A stretch of 32,000 nt of DNA. Source: Candidatus Saccharimonadota bacterium. GTDB taxonomy: Bacteria; Bacillota_I; Bacilli_A; Mycoplasmatales; Hepatoplasmataceae. This document shows positions 31,241 to 32,000 of the stretch, piece after piece; position 1 is the stretch's first letter, and each line of letters starts with the position of its first letter. Location: NCBI GenBank assembly GCA_027925325.1, contig AP027133.1, positions 120,001 through 152,000 of the forward strand. Reading direction: 5' to 3'. Both the position numbers and the translations under genes were made by a program. The notes beneath the pieces are model-generated. The model saw only the letters and a program-made list of their open reading frames with translations. It was not told the DNA's origin and searched no databases.

Positions 31241-32000
31241 ATGAAGGAAAACAAGCGCAAGGAAATCTTTCCTTTTTTTAAAAATAATCCTGATGTCATA
31301 TATTTAGATTCAAGTCTTACTACGATCAAGCCAAAAGTTGTAATTGATGAAATAAGTAATTTTTATCAAAAATATCTTTCAACAATAGAACGAAGTAATA
31401 ATTTACTTACAGAAAAAAGTAAAGAATATTTTTTAAGATCATTACTTAAAGTTTCTCGTTTTATCAATGCTCGTACAACTAATGAGATAATTCCGACTTC
31501 CGGAACAACAAATGGTTTAAATTTATTGGCTAATTCGCTTTTAGATAATCTAAAATCAGGAGATCAGATAATATTGGGAGAGTTTGAACATGCTTCAAAT
31601 TATCTTCCTTGGCTTGTCGCTGCAAAAAAGAAAAATATCGAAATAAAACATTATAAAATAAATGATAATTTGCAATTTGATTATAAATATTTGCAAAATA
31701 TTGTAAATGAAAAGACAAAATTAATTTCACTTTCGTATATTTTTAATTCAATTGGCACAATTAATGATCTTAAAAAAATAAAAGAAATAGTAGGAGAAAA
31801 AGTTTTAGTTGTTGTTGACGCTGCGCAGGCTGTTGGTCATATAAAAATTGATGTCCAAGCTTTAAATTGTGATTTTTTAGTTTTTGGGGGACATAAAATG
31901 TTTGCGCCAAATGGAATTGGAATTATTTATGGAAAAGAGAAATTATTAAATAATTTAAATTTGTTTAATTATGGTGGAGGAATGTTTGAATATTATAATT
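31241..32000 (+). CDS. sufS: class V aminotransferase, SufS-type cysteine desulfurase (3' end lies outside the window)
   Basis: The frame is open from ATG at 31241 to the window end, so it is absent from the track. It reads MKENKRKEIFPFFKNNPDVIYLDSSLTTIKP...TSGTTNGLNLL...EFEHASNYLPW...VVVDAAQAVGH...FLVFGGHKMFAPNGIGIIYG. This carries the PLP-Lys motif (S/G)GHK..(G/A)P.G.G and the group II EH.(A/S)N..PW signature. Confidence 0.85.
   Translation, partial: MKENKRKEIFPFFKNNPDVIYLDSSLTTIKPKVVIDEISNFYQKYLSTIERSNNLLTEKSKEYFLRSLLKVSRFINARTTNEIIPTSGTTNGLNLLANSLLDNLKSGDQIILGEFEHASNYLPWLVAAKKKNIEIKHYKINDNLQFDYKYLQNIVNEKTKLISLSYIFNSIGTINDLKKIKEIVGEKVLVVVDAAQAVGHIKIDVQALNCDFLVFGGHKMFAPNGIGIIYGKEKLLNNLNLFNYGGGMFEYYN

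Overview
This is a very AT-rich Mollicutes-type chromosome segment in which UGA is read as Trp (genetic code 4). The supplied standard-code ORF track therefore splits most genes. After re-joining the fragments across in-frame TGAs, the window is mostly housekeeping. Left to right: the glyA 3' end, upp, and a roughly 2.8 kb defence islet (a DUF262 protein plus a type II restriction-modification pair). The islet runs directly into the complete F1Fo ATP synthase operon atpIBEFHAGDC. Next come a DUF2130 coiled-coil/PD-ExK protein, a divergent manA and PTS IIABC pair, two orphan genes, and secA. These are followed by two tandem APC-family permease paralogs, an ArsP_2-like 10-TM transporter, a YitT-family protein, a CNNM/CBS/CorC protein and an acidic membrane-anchored orphan. 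The window ends with ffh-rpsP-rimM-trmD-rplS and the 5' part of a SufS-like cysteine desulfurase. I saw no rRNA, tRNA, CRISPR array, IS element or prophage. The items most worth a second look are these. (1) A GC-rich structured element with its own strong terminator lies between rplS and sufS; it could be an sRNA or an attenuator. (2) The R-M/DUF262 islet interrupts the conserved upp-atp junction, and the methyltransferase stop overlaps the atpI start. (3) The ATP synthase c subunit carries an extra N-terminal helix and a Na+-type Q...ES..Y ligand signature. (4) The PTS permease has a 181-aa Lys/Glu-rich tail. (5) The tandem permeases show mosaic nucleotide identity. I found no compelling multi-gene novel system beyond the small defence islet. 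All calls come from manual translation and motif recognition, with no database searches.
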